Positions 1 through 8,090 are shown, counted from the first letter of the stretch. The stretch: DNA of 40,000 nucleotides from Syntrophaceticus sp. (GCA_050949745.1 JBMNGF010000001.1:18649-58648), one strand, 5' to 3'. Notes: generated from the letters alone by a model not told the origin. Made by a program: numbers and translations.

Positions 1-1031
1 CGTTCTGTCTCGATATGGATGCCCTGATCTGCCGGAGCATCCTGTATGGCGCTGCCGTGATGCATATCCGTAGCATCGACCAGGATCTCTTCTCTGCCCC
101 GGCGTCCAAACTGATTGGTAACCCTGGCCATCCCCGATGCTCCTGGGCCGGTTTCAGCTGTACCCCCTGCTCCGGGCTGTGATCCTCCACTAGTAGGAGA
201 TATGGGCGTTCCACCCGCAGGCGGGATTGAACCTCCACCGCCCAGGCCGCCTAAAGCTCCCAGGGCTGTTGCAATAAGGCCTGGCACTACAACCCCAGTC
301 ACCGCTTCTGTGGTGTTGGAAGGTCCGGGTATATTGCCAACTGAGCCGACTCCTGCCGGGCTGTGGCTGTGTCCTGACCGATGAGTTCCCGGCGTAATCC
401 CTGTTTCTCCGATGATATCTTCTTCTTGATCCTTATCTTTTTGTGGCTCCTCTTGAACTATATCAGGAGCATCCTGACTTAAAAGTCCCGCCTTTTCCAT
501 GCTATCGATAGCCTGCTGGGCGATACTTTTAGCAGAAGCCAGGTCCGCGCTATGACTCTGGCTGTTATCCACTATTTCCACCGTGATAAAATAATCAGGC
601 AGTATGACTCCAATGCCTGCCCCATTATCGGCAGTATATTCCCTTACTTCACAGCCCTTCAGTTGGGTGGTTTGCATATAAGTAATCTGGGATATGCTGT
701 CCACATAATCGACCATGATCTGTATTTCATCCGGCTGGGCCGGACCCAGAACACTGAGCGCACACACGCCGTCACCATATTCACCCTCCCCGGCATGAAT
801 GGCAAAGTCATAGCCGGTTACCGATTCCTCCCCGAATTGAAACTCTGGTGAGCCAAAGTTGGCGTTGGATACCTGGGTAACAACATCAGCGACACTTCCT
901 GCTATAGCTTTCCCACCGAAAAAATTGGCTATCACCAATGCGAATAACAGACTCAGGGCTAAAACCAACAGGAAATGGCGATGTAATCTCCTTTTATTTC
1001 GCGCAATTGCTAAAATCGACAAGCCTTTCAC
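1..1031 (-). CDS. hypothetical membrane-anchored protein, N-terminal 343 codons only (runs off left edge)
   Basis: Manual translation of the minus strand shows no stop from 1031 to 1. It is absent from the ORF track because no stop lies inside the window. Start is GTG 1031 (alt TTG 1022) behind GGAG/AGGAGG, 11 nt after the upstream stop. The N-terminus VKGLSILAIARNKRRLHRHFLLVLALSLLFALVIANFF is a basic stretch plus one hydrophobic helix. It is followed by a ~150 aa globular part, an acidic linker (QEEPQKDKDQEEDI) and a Gly/Pro/Ser-rich segment. Plus-strand ORFs 115-384, 552-851 and 859-1179 look like antisense shadows. Confidence 0.55.
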   Translation of the reverse strand, partial: MKGLSILAIARNKRRLHRHFLLVLALSLLFALVIANFFGGKAIAGSVADVVTQVSNANFGSPEFQFGEESVTGYDFAIHAGEGEYGDGVCALSVLGPAQPDEIQIMVDYVDSISQITYMQTTQLKGCEVREYTADNGAGIGVILPDYFITVEIVDNSQSHSADLASAKSIAQQAIDSMEKAGLLSQDAPDIVQEEPQKDKDQEEDIIGETGITPGTHRSGHSHSPAGVGSVGNIPGPSNTTEAVTGVVVPGLIATALGALGGLGGGGSIPPAGGTPISPTSGGSQPGAGGTAETGPGASGMARVTNQFGRRGREEILVDATDMHHGSAIQDAPADQGIHIETE

Positions 1032-1042
1032 CTCCTGTTCTC

Positions 1043-1534
1043 CTATGGCAGGATGCCGATCAGCATCATCCATACCGTCGAAAGCACCATCGCTACTAAG
1101 GTCGGGATCATTACATTTCTCGTCCCTTGAGCGCCCCTTTTCATGGCTTCCGTTCCTGCCGTTGCAGATGCTGTTGTGATGGCAGTCGAAGCAAAAGGCA
1201 TTACCACATTCCACTCCAGAATGACCAAAGCCAGTATGGCTAAAACAGTAAAAGGGATCATAAACAACATGCCGGTACCAACGGCTTCCCGGGCAAAACC
1301 TCCGTCAGTCTGCCGCAAAGCAGTGTTACCGCTGTTAAATGCCAGGATCAGCAGATTTACCGCTAATAAACCCACTACAATGGCAATAACAAGGGAATAT
1401 AGTACAGTAGTGAATTTGTATTCCGGTCTGCTGAAGGGTACCAAGACCCCGAATATAATGAAACACAGATAAGCCGGCCAAATTTTTACCCCATCAGACC
1501 CAGCTCCTCCGGCATATCCCAGTTTAGTATCCAC
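1043..1534 (-). CDS. hypothetical polytopic membrane protein (163 aa)
   Basis: ORF track. It has several long hydrophobic segments (AYLCFIIFGVLVPF, VLYSLVIAIVVGLLAVNLLILAF, GMLFMIPFTVLAILALVILEW, MIPTLVAMVLSTVWMMLIGIL). It is tightly packed with flanking same-strand genes. No family recognised. Confidence 0.6.
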   Translation of the reverse strand: MDTKLGYAGGAGSDGVKIWPAYLCFIIFGVLVPFSRPEYKFTTVLYSLVIAIVVGLLAVNLLILAFNSGNTALRQTDGGFAREAVGTGMLFMIPFTVLAILALVILEWNVVMPFASTAITTASATAGTEAMKRGAQGTRNVMIPTLVAMVLSTVWMMLIGILP

Positions 1535-1572
1535 CTTATCCTCCTCCTGTTCGTTGATTGTTATTTGCTCTG

Positions 1573-2166
1573 CTAAGCGCCGAATCTCCCCAGCAAGGCC
1601 CAGCCGATCAAGAGGATCGCTCCACAGAGAGTGGTCATGGCAATGCTGAATGCGACCCTTTCCCCTGACATCTGTTTAATGGTGTACAGGGTGGGTCTTA
1701 ATGCCCACAAGACGCCGGTCACGCCAAAGGCGACTGCAGTCTTCCAGCCAAATGCGAGAGAAAAAATCAGCCCGCTCAAAGCATAAACGAAGGTAGCTGA
1801 ATAGCCCAGGGCAAAGGTGGATATAGCCCAATCCACAGTGATCTTTCGTTCCCCCGCCTGGGCCAGGGCCCAGACCATAACCGCCAACAAGGCCACGCCG
1901 GCCGTACCGTAGAGCAATCCCAGCATAGTGATGAGAACCACGCCAGACGCTTCGATTTGTCCGTTCCGCATCAAGTCCAGCCCAGTCTGCAGGAAAAAGA
2001 GCATGAATGACAAACCTGATATGGCCAAGGAATAAGGCCAGGGGATTTTTATCATCTGATTTTTAACTATTTCGCCTGGATTCGTTATTATACTGAGTGC
2101 CGTCTTCCAGCGGAGTTGTGCTGGTGCTGCCATAGTGTTCATAGGCTTATTGATCCCTCCTGTCAA
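1573..2166 (-). CDS. integral membrane protein, Yip1-domain-like (tentative)
   Basis: ORF track. It has about 5 TM helices after a short cytoplasmic N-terminus, an architecture and length typical of bacterial Yip1/DUF1282-type proteins. Codon 1 in the track is TTG. A more likely start is ATG 2142 (MNTMAAPAQ) downstream of AGGAGGG. Confidence 0.55.
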   Translation of the reverse strand: MTGGINKPMNTMAAPAQLRWKTALSIITNPGEIVKNQMIKIPWPYSLAISGLSFMLFFLQTGLDLMRNGQIEASGVVLITMLGLLYGTAGVALLAVMVWALAQAGERKITVDWAISTFALGYSATFVYALSGLIFSLAFGWKTAVAFGVTGVLWALRPTLYTIKQMSGERVAFSIAMTTLCGAILLIGWALLGRFGA

Positions 2167-2240
2167 AATTTTTGTATAAAGGAACTTTTTCTACCCCGGT
2201 TTGGTTTACCGCAGGGCCATTAATCATTGTAGAACACTGT

Positions 2241-2549
2241 CTATCGCTGCAAAACAAACTTTGCCCCAAATTCCTGGTCCAAATTAACCGCCAGTTTCTT
2301 TAAGTCAGTCTCTGCCGCCAAACTGCCAACATATATGTCAGTTGTAGTGACAATCTCCAGTTCAGCATTAGTCAGATTCCTGCTCATAATGTTGACCGAC
2401 TGCAGTTCATCCCCATTTATGACCACCCTATCGTTGCCATCGTGCTCCTGAGGGATCAAAATTATTTGCCCGGAGCCGACCTTAAGGTAATAAACCTGAG
2501 TTTTAAAGAACCCGGCTTTAAGCCTGATTTCAAAGGTCACCATAATCAC
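2241..2549 (-). CDS. small soluble hypothetical protein (about 100 aa), first gene of the membrane operon
   Basis: ORF track. There is an AGAGG Shine-Dalgarno before ATG 2543 / GTG 2549. No hydrophobic segment and no recognisable motif. Confidence 0.5.
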   Translation of the reverse strand: MIMVTFEIRLKAGFFKTQVYYLKVGSGQIILIPQEHDGNDRVVINGDELQSVNIMSRNLTNAELEIVTTTDIYVGSLAAETDLKKLAVNLDQEFGAKFVLQR

Positions 2550-2601
2550 CTCTGTTTAAAGTTTAGCAAATTTTCTTATAAAAGTTATTGCTCCTAGTGA
2601 T

Positions 2602-2637
2602 TTGGCATTGCCAATTTCGTGGCACAAATCGTGCCAA
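2602..2637. promoter_or_regulatory. nested palindromes in the divergent promoter region (candidate operator)
   Basis: TTGGCATTGCCAA (2602-2614) and GGCACAAATCGTGCC (2621-2635) lie together. The outer arms TTGGCA (2602-2607) and TGCCAA (2632-2637) are also complementary. The site sits between the divergent 2241-2549 operon and the XRE regulator gene. Confidence 0.3.
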
Positions 2638-2750
2638 AATTGCAGTAAATATGTTGTGCAATATGCTAAAATAAACTTGGTAAATAAATAATTTTACCAG
2701 AGATTTTTGCATACCCATATGCCTGAGCAAGCGAAAGGAATGGTCATATA

Positions 2751-4298
2751 ATGACATTTGCTGAAAAGCTTGATTTGCTGATGAACATCACCAATACTTC
2801 CAACAGCCTCCTAGCCCACAGCATTTCCTTGGATGCATCCTTTATCAGCCGTTTACGCCGAGGAGTCCGCGCCCCTGCCAAAAATGCTAACTACATACAA
2901 GCAATGAGCGGTTACTTTGCCCGGTGCTGCCAGGCCGAATACCAAAAGACGGCCCTTTGGAACGCCATTCGCACCAGTTCCCCCATTCAGCCCCAGTCAA
3001 CGGACAGCATGGCCAGCCTTATAGAGCAATGGCTATGGGAACCAGCCCAGGATGATTCCGACCCTATAGATGAATTGTTGGAAAGCATGATTGACTTTAG
3101 GTTTAAAAGAATGGAAACCGCGGCCACGGTTGATCTGCCAATAAATGACAACCAAGCCATTGCGGAAACAGAAGTATTTTATGGAGTGAAAGGCAAGCGT
3201 GCTGCCGTACTGACCTTCTTGTCCCTGGTAATATCCAATAAGCATCCACAAACATTGTTGCTCTTCAGTGATGAGGATTTGAGCTGGCTTACTGAAGATC
3301 CTGAGTTCACTGCTAAATGGTCTGCACTCATGTTACAAGTATTAAAAAACGGCAACCGACTTAAAATGATCCATACTATAAATCGTAATCTTGATGAAAT
3401 GCTGTCCGGTATTAAAGGATGGATACCACTCTATATGACTGGAGCCATAGAGCCCTATTACTATCCCAAAACCCGGGACGGTTTGTTCCGGCGCACATTG
3501 TTTATTGCTCCCGACACCGCAGCAGTAAGTTCTTCATCGGTGCACAGCGGAACCCAAAATACAGCTAATTTTTTTACTACCAATAGAGATGCTATCCGTG
3601 CGCTGGCTAGTGAATATAATAATCTTATCGCCCTATGCCGCCCCCTGATGCGGATTTTCAACCATAATCACCAGGGAAACTATCTGGAAACCCTAGCCGA
3701 ATTCGAAGAAGAGGCCGGCGACACCATCGCCAAGACCGATATGCTGACTAACATAACCATTCCCGAGGAGGCAGCTGCCAGCATACTAGTGCGCCTGAGC
3801 GATGTCATCGCTAACCGGTTGCGCACTTATCAGCAGCGCAGAATAAAGACTTTTTATGATAAACTGGGAACTCACCGTTTTACTGAAATCCTCTCTCTCC
3901 CTGACCTGGAGACAATCCTGGCGGGTAAAGCTGTGGTAAACCTGTCCGCTATTCCCAATGAAACCCAGGTATTCTATACTCCCCGAGAATACTATTTACA
4001 CCTGCAGAATATCTTGCGCCTGCTCAAGACCTATGACAACTACCACATACATTTGACCGGTACCAAGCAGCTGGAGGGAAACATGATCTATGTCAAGGAG
4101 GATGTGGGGGTGTTGGTAGGCAGAACTGCAGTGCCCGCGGTCATATTTGCCATCAATGAGAGTAATATGACAGCCGCCTTCTGGGATTATATGAATGTTC
4201 TGTTACCTAAGGAGTACACCAGTACCAAGAATCGCAGCCATACTATTAAGAAGATCGAGGCGCTGGCTGCCCGGTTGGAAGCTTCATTAGTTCCATAG
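2751..4298 (+). CDS. XRE-family HTH transcriptional regulator with large uncharacterised C-terminal domain (515 aa)
   Basis: ORF track. The N-terminal FAEKLDLLMNITNTSNSLLAHSISLDASFISRLRRGVRAP resembles the HTH_3/Cro-C1 pattern (FxxxLxxL...S...LA....xxSxISRxxxG...P). The remaining ~450 aa carry no motif I recognise. It is divergent from the membrane operon. Confidence 0.7.
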   Translation: MTFAEKLDLLMNITNTSNSLLAHSISLDASFISRLRRGVRAPAKNANYIQAMSGYFARCCQAEYQKTALWNAIRTSSPIQPQSTDSMASLIEQWLWEPAQDDSDPIDELLESMIDFRFKRMETAATVDLPINDNQAIAETEVFYGVKGKRAAVLTFLSLVISNKHPQTLLLFSDEDLSWLTEDPEFTAKWSALMLQVLKNGNRLKMIHTINRNLDEMLSGIKGWIPLYMTGAIEPYYYPKTRDGLFRRTLFIAPDTAAVSSSSVHSGTQNTANFFTTNRDAIRALASEYNNLIALCRPLMRIFNHNHQGNYLETLAEFEEEAGDTIAKTDMLTNITIPEEAAASILVRLSDVIANRLRTYQQRRIKTFYDKLGTHRFTEILSLPDLETILAGKAVVNLSAIPNETQVFYTPREYYLHLQNILRLLKTYDNYHIHLTGTKQLEGNMIYVKEDVGVLVGRTAVPAVIFAINESNMTAAFWDYMNVLLPKEYTSTKNRSHTIKKIEALAARLEASLVP

Positions 4299-4300
4299 AG

Positions 4301-4429
4301 GTGGCAGGGGGACGTTTCGTTTGCCACATGAGTCATGTGACACACATGTGACACGGGGACGGGGTTACTGTCACGTTGGCGTGTGACAGGGGGACGCGTG
4401 TGACAGGGGGACGTGTGACAGGGGGACGT
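4301..4429. repeat. G/C-rich mosaic repeat array, left part (interrupted by the IS)
   Basis: It starts 3 nt after the regulator stop. GACGTTTCGTTTGCCAC lies at 4311-4327. The hairpin-like GTGACACGGGGACGGGGTTACTGTCAC follows. GTGTGACAGGGGGACG occurs head-to-tail at 4381-4396, 4398-4413 and 4414-4428. Confidence 0.85.
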
Positions 4430-6075
4430 CAGACTGTGTGAAAACTCCCCACAGAAAAAGGAATTAAAGGGATAAAGATCGAAATATAGGGTGATAGAGA
4501 GGTGGAGAAAATGCCGTACATAAAAGGAGAAAACCGCAACCAAATCACCCTGTTTCCAGAGGCAGTAGATGACTATATCACCCCGGACAATCCGGTTCGG
4601 GTAATAGAGGCTTTTGTAGATTCCCTTGACATGAAAGAACTGGGCTTCAAAAGAACAACTCCCAATGATGTGGGGAGACCAGCATATGATCCCCGGGACC
4701 TCTTAAAACTTTATCTTTACGGGTACTTGAACCGCATCCGCTCATCGAGAAAATTAGAAGCTGAAGCAGGAAGAAACGTTGAGCTGATGTGGCTCCTTAA
4801 AAAACTGAAACCGGACTTCAAAACAATTGCCGATTTCCGCAAAGACAACAAAAAAGCCATCAAAAACGTTTTCAAACAATTCAACCTGCTGTGCAAAGAA
4901 TGGGATCTGTTCGGATGTGAAGTAATAGCAGTAGACGGCTCCAAGTTCAGAGCATGCAACTCCAAACGCAACAACTACAATGATAAAAAAATAAAACGCC
5001 ACCTGAAATACCTGAACGAGAAAATATCAAACTATCTAAAAGAGCTGGACAGCAACGATCAGGAAGAAGCGGACATCCATATCCCCAATGCAGAAGAAAT
5101 CAAAAAGCGTATTGAAGAACTAAAAAAACGCAAAGCCAAATACCAGGCCATGCAAAAAGAAATGAAAGAAAAAAAGATCGATGAAATCTCCACCACAGAC
5201 CCCGATGCCCGCTTGATGAAGGTTAATAACAACGGGGCAGATGTCTGCTACAATGTACAAACAGCAATAGACCAAAAAAACAAACTGCTCGTAGACTACG
5301 ACGTAATTAACAACGCAGCAGACCAAGGGAATCTTTACGAGATGGCTAAAAAAGCCAAAGAAACATTGGGTGTTGAAGAAATAAAAGCCTTGGCCGATAA
5401 AGGCTATTACTCCACCTTAGACCTCAAAAAATGCGAAAAAAACAAAATTGAAACCTATGTAGCCAAGCCAAAAAATACTGGTGGTGTGGCGAATCCTGAT
5501 TTTCATCAAGATCGTTTCCAATATGACCAAGAACAAAACATTTACATATGCCCTGCCGGGCAGACACTTTACCCCGGCCGTATTAGAAAAGTAAAAGGTG
5601 TTGAATATCAAGACTACAAGAACTTCAGAGCCTGCAAGCAATGTAAGTTTAAAGACCAGTGTACCAGTTCCAAAAAGGGCAGAACCATTTCACGAAATCT
5701 TTGTCAGGAACTTCTTGATGAAATAGACAAACGAACACAGGAAAACAAAGAACTATACGCCCAGAGGCAGAGGCTAGCAGAACACCCCTTTGGCACCATC
5801 AAAAGGATATGGGGTTACAGCCATTTTCTGACCAAGGGGTTAGAGTCGGTAAAAACAGAATCGGCCTTGAGTTTTCTGGCCTACAACCTGCGAAGGGTGA
5901 TAAATATTCTGGGAGTTGAAAAAATGATAAAATTATTGACCCCCGCATAAGCGTGAGTCTTCTTTTCGTCTCTTAAAAACAGGTAGTAATCTCTTAAATT
6001 TTAGCTATCAACACCTGATTTAGCGTTGGTGGATACTAATATTTAGAAAAACCTGCATGTTTGTCACACAGTCTG
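4430..6075 (+). mobile_element. IS1182-family-like insertion sequence (about 1.65 kb)
   Basis: Terminal inverted repeats are CAGACTGTGTGAAAAC (4430-4445) and the reverse complement of 6059-6075, CAGACTGTGTGACAAAC. ACGT flanks both ends (4426-4429 and 6076-6079). This is either a 4-bp palindromic target duplication or an IR extension. The element carries a single transposase gene. Confidence 0.85.
4511..5950 (+). CDS. IS1182/IS5-superfamily DDE transposase
   Basis: ORF track 4502-5950, with ATG 4511 behind GAGAGGTGGAG. The N-terminus MPYIKGENRNQITLFPEAVDDYITPDNPVRVIEAFVDSLD is the typical DUF772/InsH-type N-terminal domain. It also has a lysine-rich coiled middle, a Cys cluster (YICPAGQTL...CKQCKFKDQC) and a C-terminal ERQRLAEHPFGTIKRxWG motif. 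Confidence 0.9.
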   Translation: MPYIKGENRNQITLFPEAVDDYITPDNPVRVIEAFVDSLDMKELGFKRTTPNDVGRPAYDPRDLLKLYLYGYLNRIRSSRKLEAEAGRNVELMWLLKKLKPDFKTIADFRKDNKKAIKNVFKQFNLLCKEWDLFGCEVIAVDGSKFRACNSKRNNYNDKKIKRHLKYLNEKISNYLKELDSNDQEEADIHIPNAEEIKKRIEELKKRKAKYQAMQKEMKEKKIDEISTTDPDARLMKVNNNGADVCYNVQTAIDQKNKLLVDYDVINNAADQGNLYEMAKKAKETLGVEEIKALADKGYYSTLDLKKCEKNKIETYVAKPKNTGGVANPDFHQDRFQYDQEQNIYICPAGQTLYPGRIRKVKGVEYQDYKNFRACKQCKFKDQCTSSKKGRTISRNLCQELLDEIDKRTQENKELYAQRQRLAEHPFGTIKRIWGYSHFLTKGLESVKTESALSFLAYNLRRVINILGVEKMIKLLTPA

Positions 6076-6332
6076 ACGTTTCGTTTGCCACATGAGTCAT
6101 GTGACACGCATGTGACACGGGGACGGGGTTACTGTCACGTTGGCGTGTGACAGGGGGACGTGTGACAGGGGGACGGTGACAGGGGGACGGGGGTCTTGTC
6201 ACGCCGGGTGCCACGGAGACGTTTCGTTTGCCACGGGGTGCCCCGGGGTGCCACGAGGACGGGGGTCTTGTCACGCGAGTCAAAGTCCCCGTCCCCTTGA
6301 CTCACGTCCCCTTGACTCATCCCCTTGACTCA
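6076..6332. repeat. G/C-rich mosaic repeat array, right part
   Basis: It re-starts the same ~90 nt seen at 4311-4396. GACGTTTCGTTTGCCAC lies at 6075-6091 and again at 6218-6234. (GT)GTGACAGGGGGACG lies at 6145-6160, 6161-6175 and 6176-6189. GACGGGGGTCTTGTCACGC lies at 6186-6204 and 6258-6276. GTCCCCTTGACTCA lies at 6291-6304, 6306-6319 and 6320-6332. Confidence 0.85.
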
Positions 6333-6373
6333 GATAAAACGTTGAGCATCCTCAAAAGTCACATTTTGTTTTA

Positions 6374-6886
6374 TCATTTAAGGCCGGAAATCATCAGTTC
6401 AAAATGCTGCTTTGTCTGTGCCTTCAAATCAAAATCAGGATAGCGTACACACCATTCATATGTGATTCCTCTGAATGCTATCATAAAATGTCTGGCTAGA
6501 ATAGTCGCGGGCAGATTTGTCTTCAATTCATTTCGACCTATCTCTGTTTCCAATATATTTTCAAACATTTTATAAAGCAGCCTGTTATATCCCATTATAG
6601 CATCCGGATTAATATCTTTAGCGATCTGTGCTTTGTAAACTGCTTTCATATTGTCACATCCGATCTTATTCGTCAGTACATCAGTCATTTTTTCAATAAA
6701 CGAAAGAGGTATTTCTTCTGTGGACAGATTGGGAGGGATAGATTCCAGATAAGCTCTATAATCCATATCAATCTTGCCTACATAGTCGTTGATTAACTCA
6801 GCAATCAAAGCATCCTTTGATTCAAAATGCACATAGAAGGTACCCTTCTCCGGAGTTTCGGATTTGCAATTAGGGACCTTTACCAT
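6374..6886 (-). pseudogene. TetR/AcrR-family regulator, 5'-truncated remnant
   Basis: The ORF begins MVKVPNCKSETPEKGTFYVHFESKDALIAELI. Only the tail of the TetR HTH (GTFYxHFxSKxxL) is present, so about 40-45 N-terminal residues including helices 1-2 are missing. The rest looks like a TetR C-terminal ligand domain. It abuts another gene fragment 5 nt away. Confidence 0.6.
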
Positions 6887-6891
6887 AGTTA

Positions 6892-7317
6892 ATGCTTCGC
6901 AGACCCGTAGCCATTACATCTGATGGCCAGGTCTATTTCACAGGTTCGAGCCGAGATGTTGTCGCTGCATATGAAATAAGCATAACAGATGGAAATTATA
7001 CCGGTAGATTGAACCTTCTGTTCAATCTTGGCAGCAAATACGATGGAAAAACGTATACTATATATCATGAGAAGAAAAGCGGCGAGATTGAAAAATATAC
7101 AGCAGTCTGCACAGAAGGTAAGGTTGCCATAGCCATTGATGAGCTCTCACCCTTCCTCATCACTATTGCAGTACAGGCAGATAGCGATAATGTTATTCCT
7201 CAGACCGGCGACAACAGTAATCTGTTTTCTTGGGTGATATTAGCAGCCTTATCCGCAATAACACTCATGTTAGTGTTAGTTCATGGCAGGAACAAAAGAA
7301 ATAAATTCTCAAATTAA
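6892..7317 (+). pseudogene. C-terminal fragment of a sortase-anchored (IPQTG) surface protein
   Basis: It ends with IPQTGDNSNLFSWVILAALSAITLMLVLVHGRNKRNK, which is an LPXTG-type motif plus hydrophobic helix plus basic tail. It is only 141 aa with no N-terminal signal peptide, and an in-frame TAG lies directly upstream (6886-6888). Confidence 0.55.
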
Positions 7318-7325
7318 CGCTCCGT

Positions 7326-7400
7326 AAGTCAAGGGGATGAGTCAAAGCCTCCGTCCCCTTGACTCAAAGCCTCCGTCCCCTTGACTCATTGACTCACTCA
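7326..7400. repeat. tandem GTCCCCTTGACTCA-type repeats
   Basis: AAGTCAAGGGGATGAGTCA carries the word in inverted form. Two 22-bp units, AAAGCCTCCGTCCCCTTGACTC, follow, with the core at 7353-7366 and 7375-7388. An extra TTGACTCACTCA follows them. The array overlaps the stop codon of the Crp/Fnr gene (7398-7400). Confidence 0.8.
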
Positions 7401-8090
7401 ATCCTGGGCCCACAGCAGTTCGTCTAAATTAAGAACTTCTATCTTCCTTTGTGGCTTCTGCTTAATATATCCCGCTTGTTCGAAATCGGTTAATTTCCGA
7501 CTGATTGTTTCAGGAGTTGTCCCTAGGAAAGAAGCCAAATCCCTTTTACTCATCGGTAATACAAACTCCATTGCCCCTTCCCCATCGAGACACTCGGCTA
7601 TAAAAAGTGCAAGTCTGGTCTCCACCTTCTCCGTAGAAACTCTTATTGTTTGCTTCTCCGATTTTTCCAGCCTGCTCGATAATTCCTCTAAAATTTTCAA
7701 AGAGATCGAGGGGAATTTCAAAAGCAATCTCTGTAACTCAGCACGAGCAATCAGACAGACTTCAGTGTTTTCCACAGCCTCGGCGTAGGACTCATGAACG
7801 GACTCACTAAACAAGGCAAGTTCACCTGTGAAATCCCCCGGACTCAAAAAACGCACCAATTGTTCCTTACCTGATTCAGACAAACGATAAATCCTGACTC
7901 TCCCACTTCTGACAACATAGAGTGAATCTGATTGCTCTCCAGCCCGATAGATAATCTCGCCCTTTTTATATGATTCTGACTGAATCACTTCTGTGATTTC
8001 AGCCATTTGCCCATCTTCGAGATGATTAAATATCGGCACCTGATAGATACATGACTTGAGCCCCCCAGATTTACACTCATGTTCGCCCAT
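7398..8090 (-). CDS. Crp/Fnr-family transcriptional regulator
   Basis: It has a cNMP-binding-like barrel (GEIIYRAGEQSDSLYVVRSGRVRIYR...GDFTGELALF) and a C-terminal HTH (SKRDLASFLGTTPETISRKLTDFEQAGYI). Cys residues lie at positions 6, 14, 112 and 166. It starts 21 nt downstream of the ATPase gene with a GGGAGGGAG Shine-Dalgarno. Confidence 0.85.
   Translation of the reverse strand: MGEHECKSGGLKSCIYQVPIFNHLEDGQMAEITEVIQSESYKKGEIIYRAGEQSDSLYVVRSGRVRIYRLSESGKEQLVRFLSPGDFTGELALFSESVHESYAEAVENTEVCLIARAELQRLLLKFPSISLKILEELSSRLEKSEKQTIRVSTEKVETRLALFIAECLDGEGAMEFVLPMSKRDLASFLGTTPETISRKLTDFEQAGYIKQKPQRKIEVLNLDELLWAQD

Noticed and set aside
2619-2637. TGGCAC sequences here (GTGGCACAAATCGTGCC) and at 29671-29690 and 29756-29775 resemble sigma-54 -24 elements.
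   Set aside because: The -12 element TTGC at the correct 5-nt spacing is missing (GTGC, GATT and TGAT instead). The TGGCAC words are parts of palindromes or repeats.
4381-6189. Could the regularly repeated GTGTGACAGGGGGACG units be a CRISPR array?
   Set aside because: The units are 15-17 bp and directly abut each other, with 0-1 nt between copies. There are no spacers of unique sequence and no cas genes nearby.
4187-6443. Track ORFs 4187-4543, 6020-6283, 6135-6320, 6140-6328 and 6228-6443 read through the repeat arrays.
   Set aside because: Their translations are low-complexity echoes of the DNA repeat (SPCHTSPCH, PPVTRPPVTR, VPLTHVPLTH). They overlap each other on both strands and lack Shine-Dalgarno sequences. 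I treat them as artefacts of the repeats.
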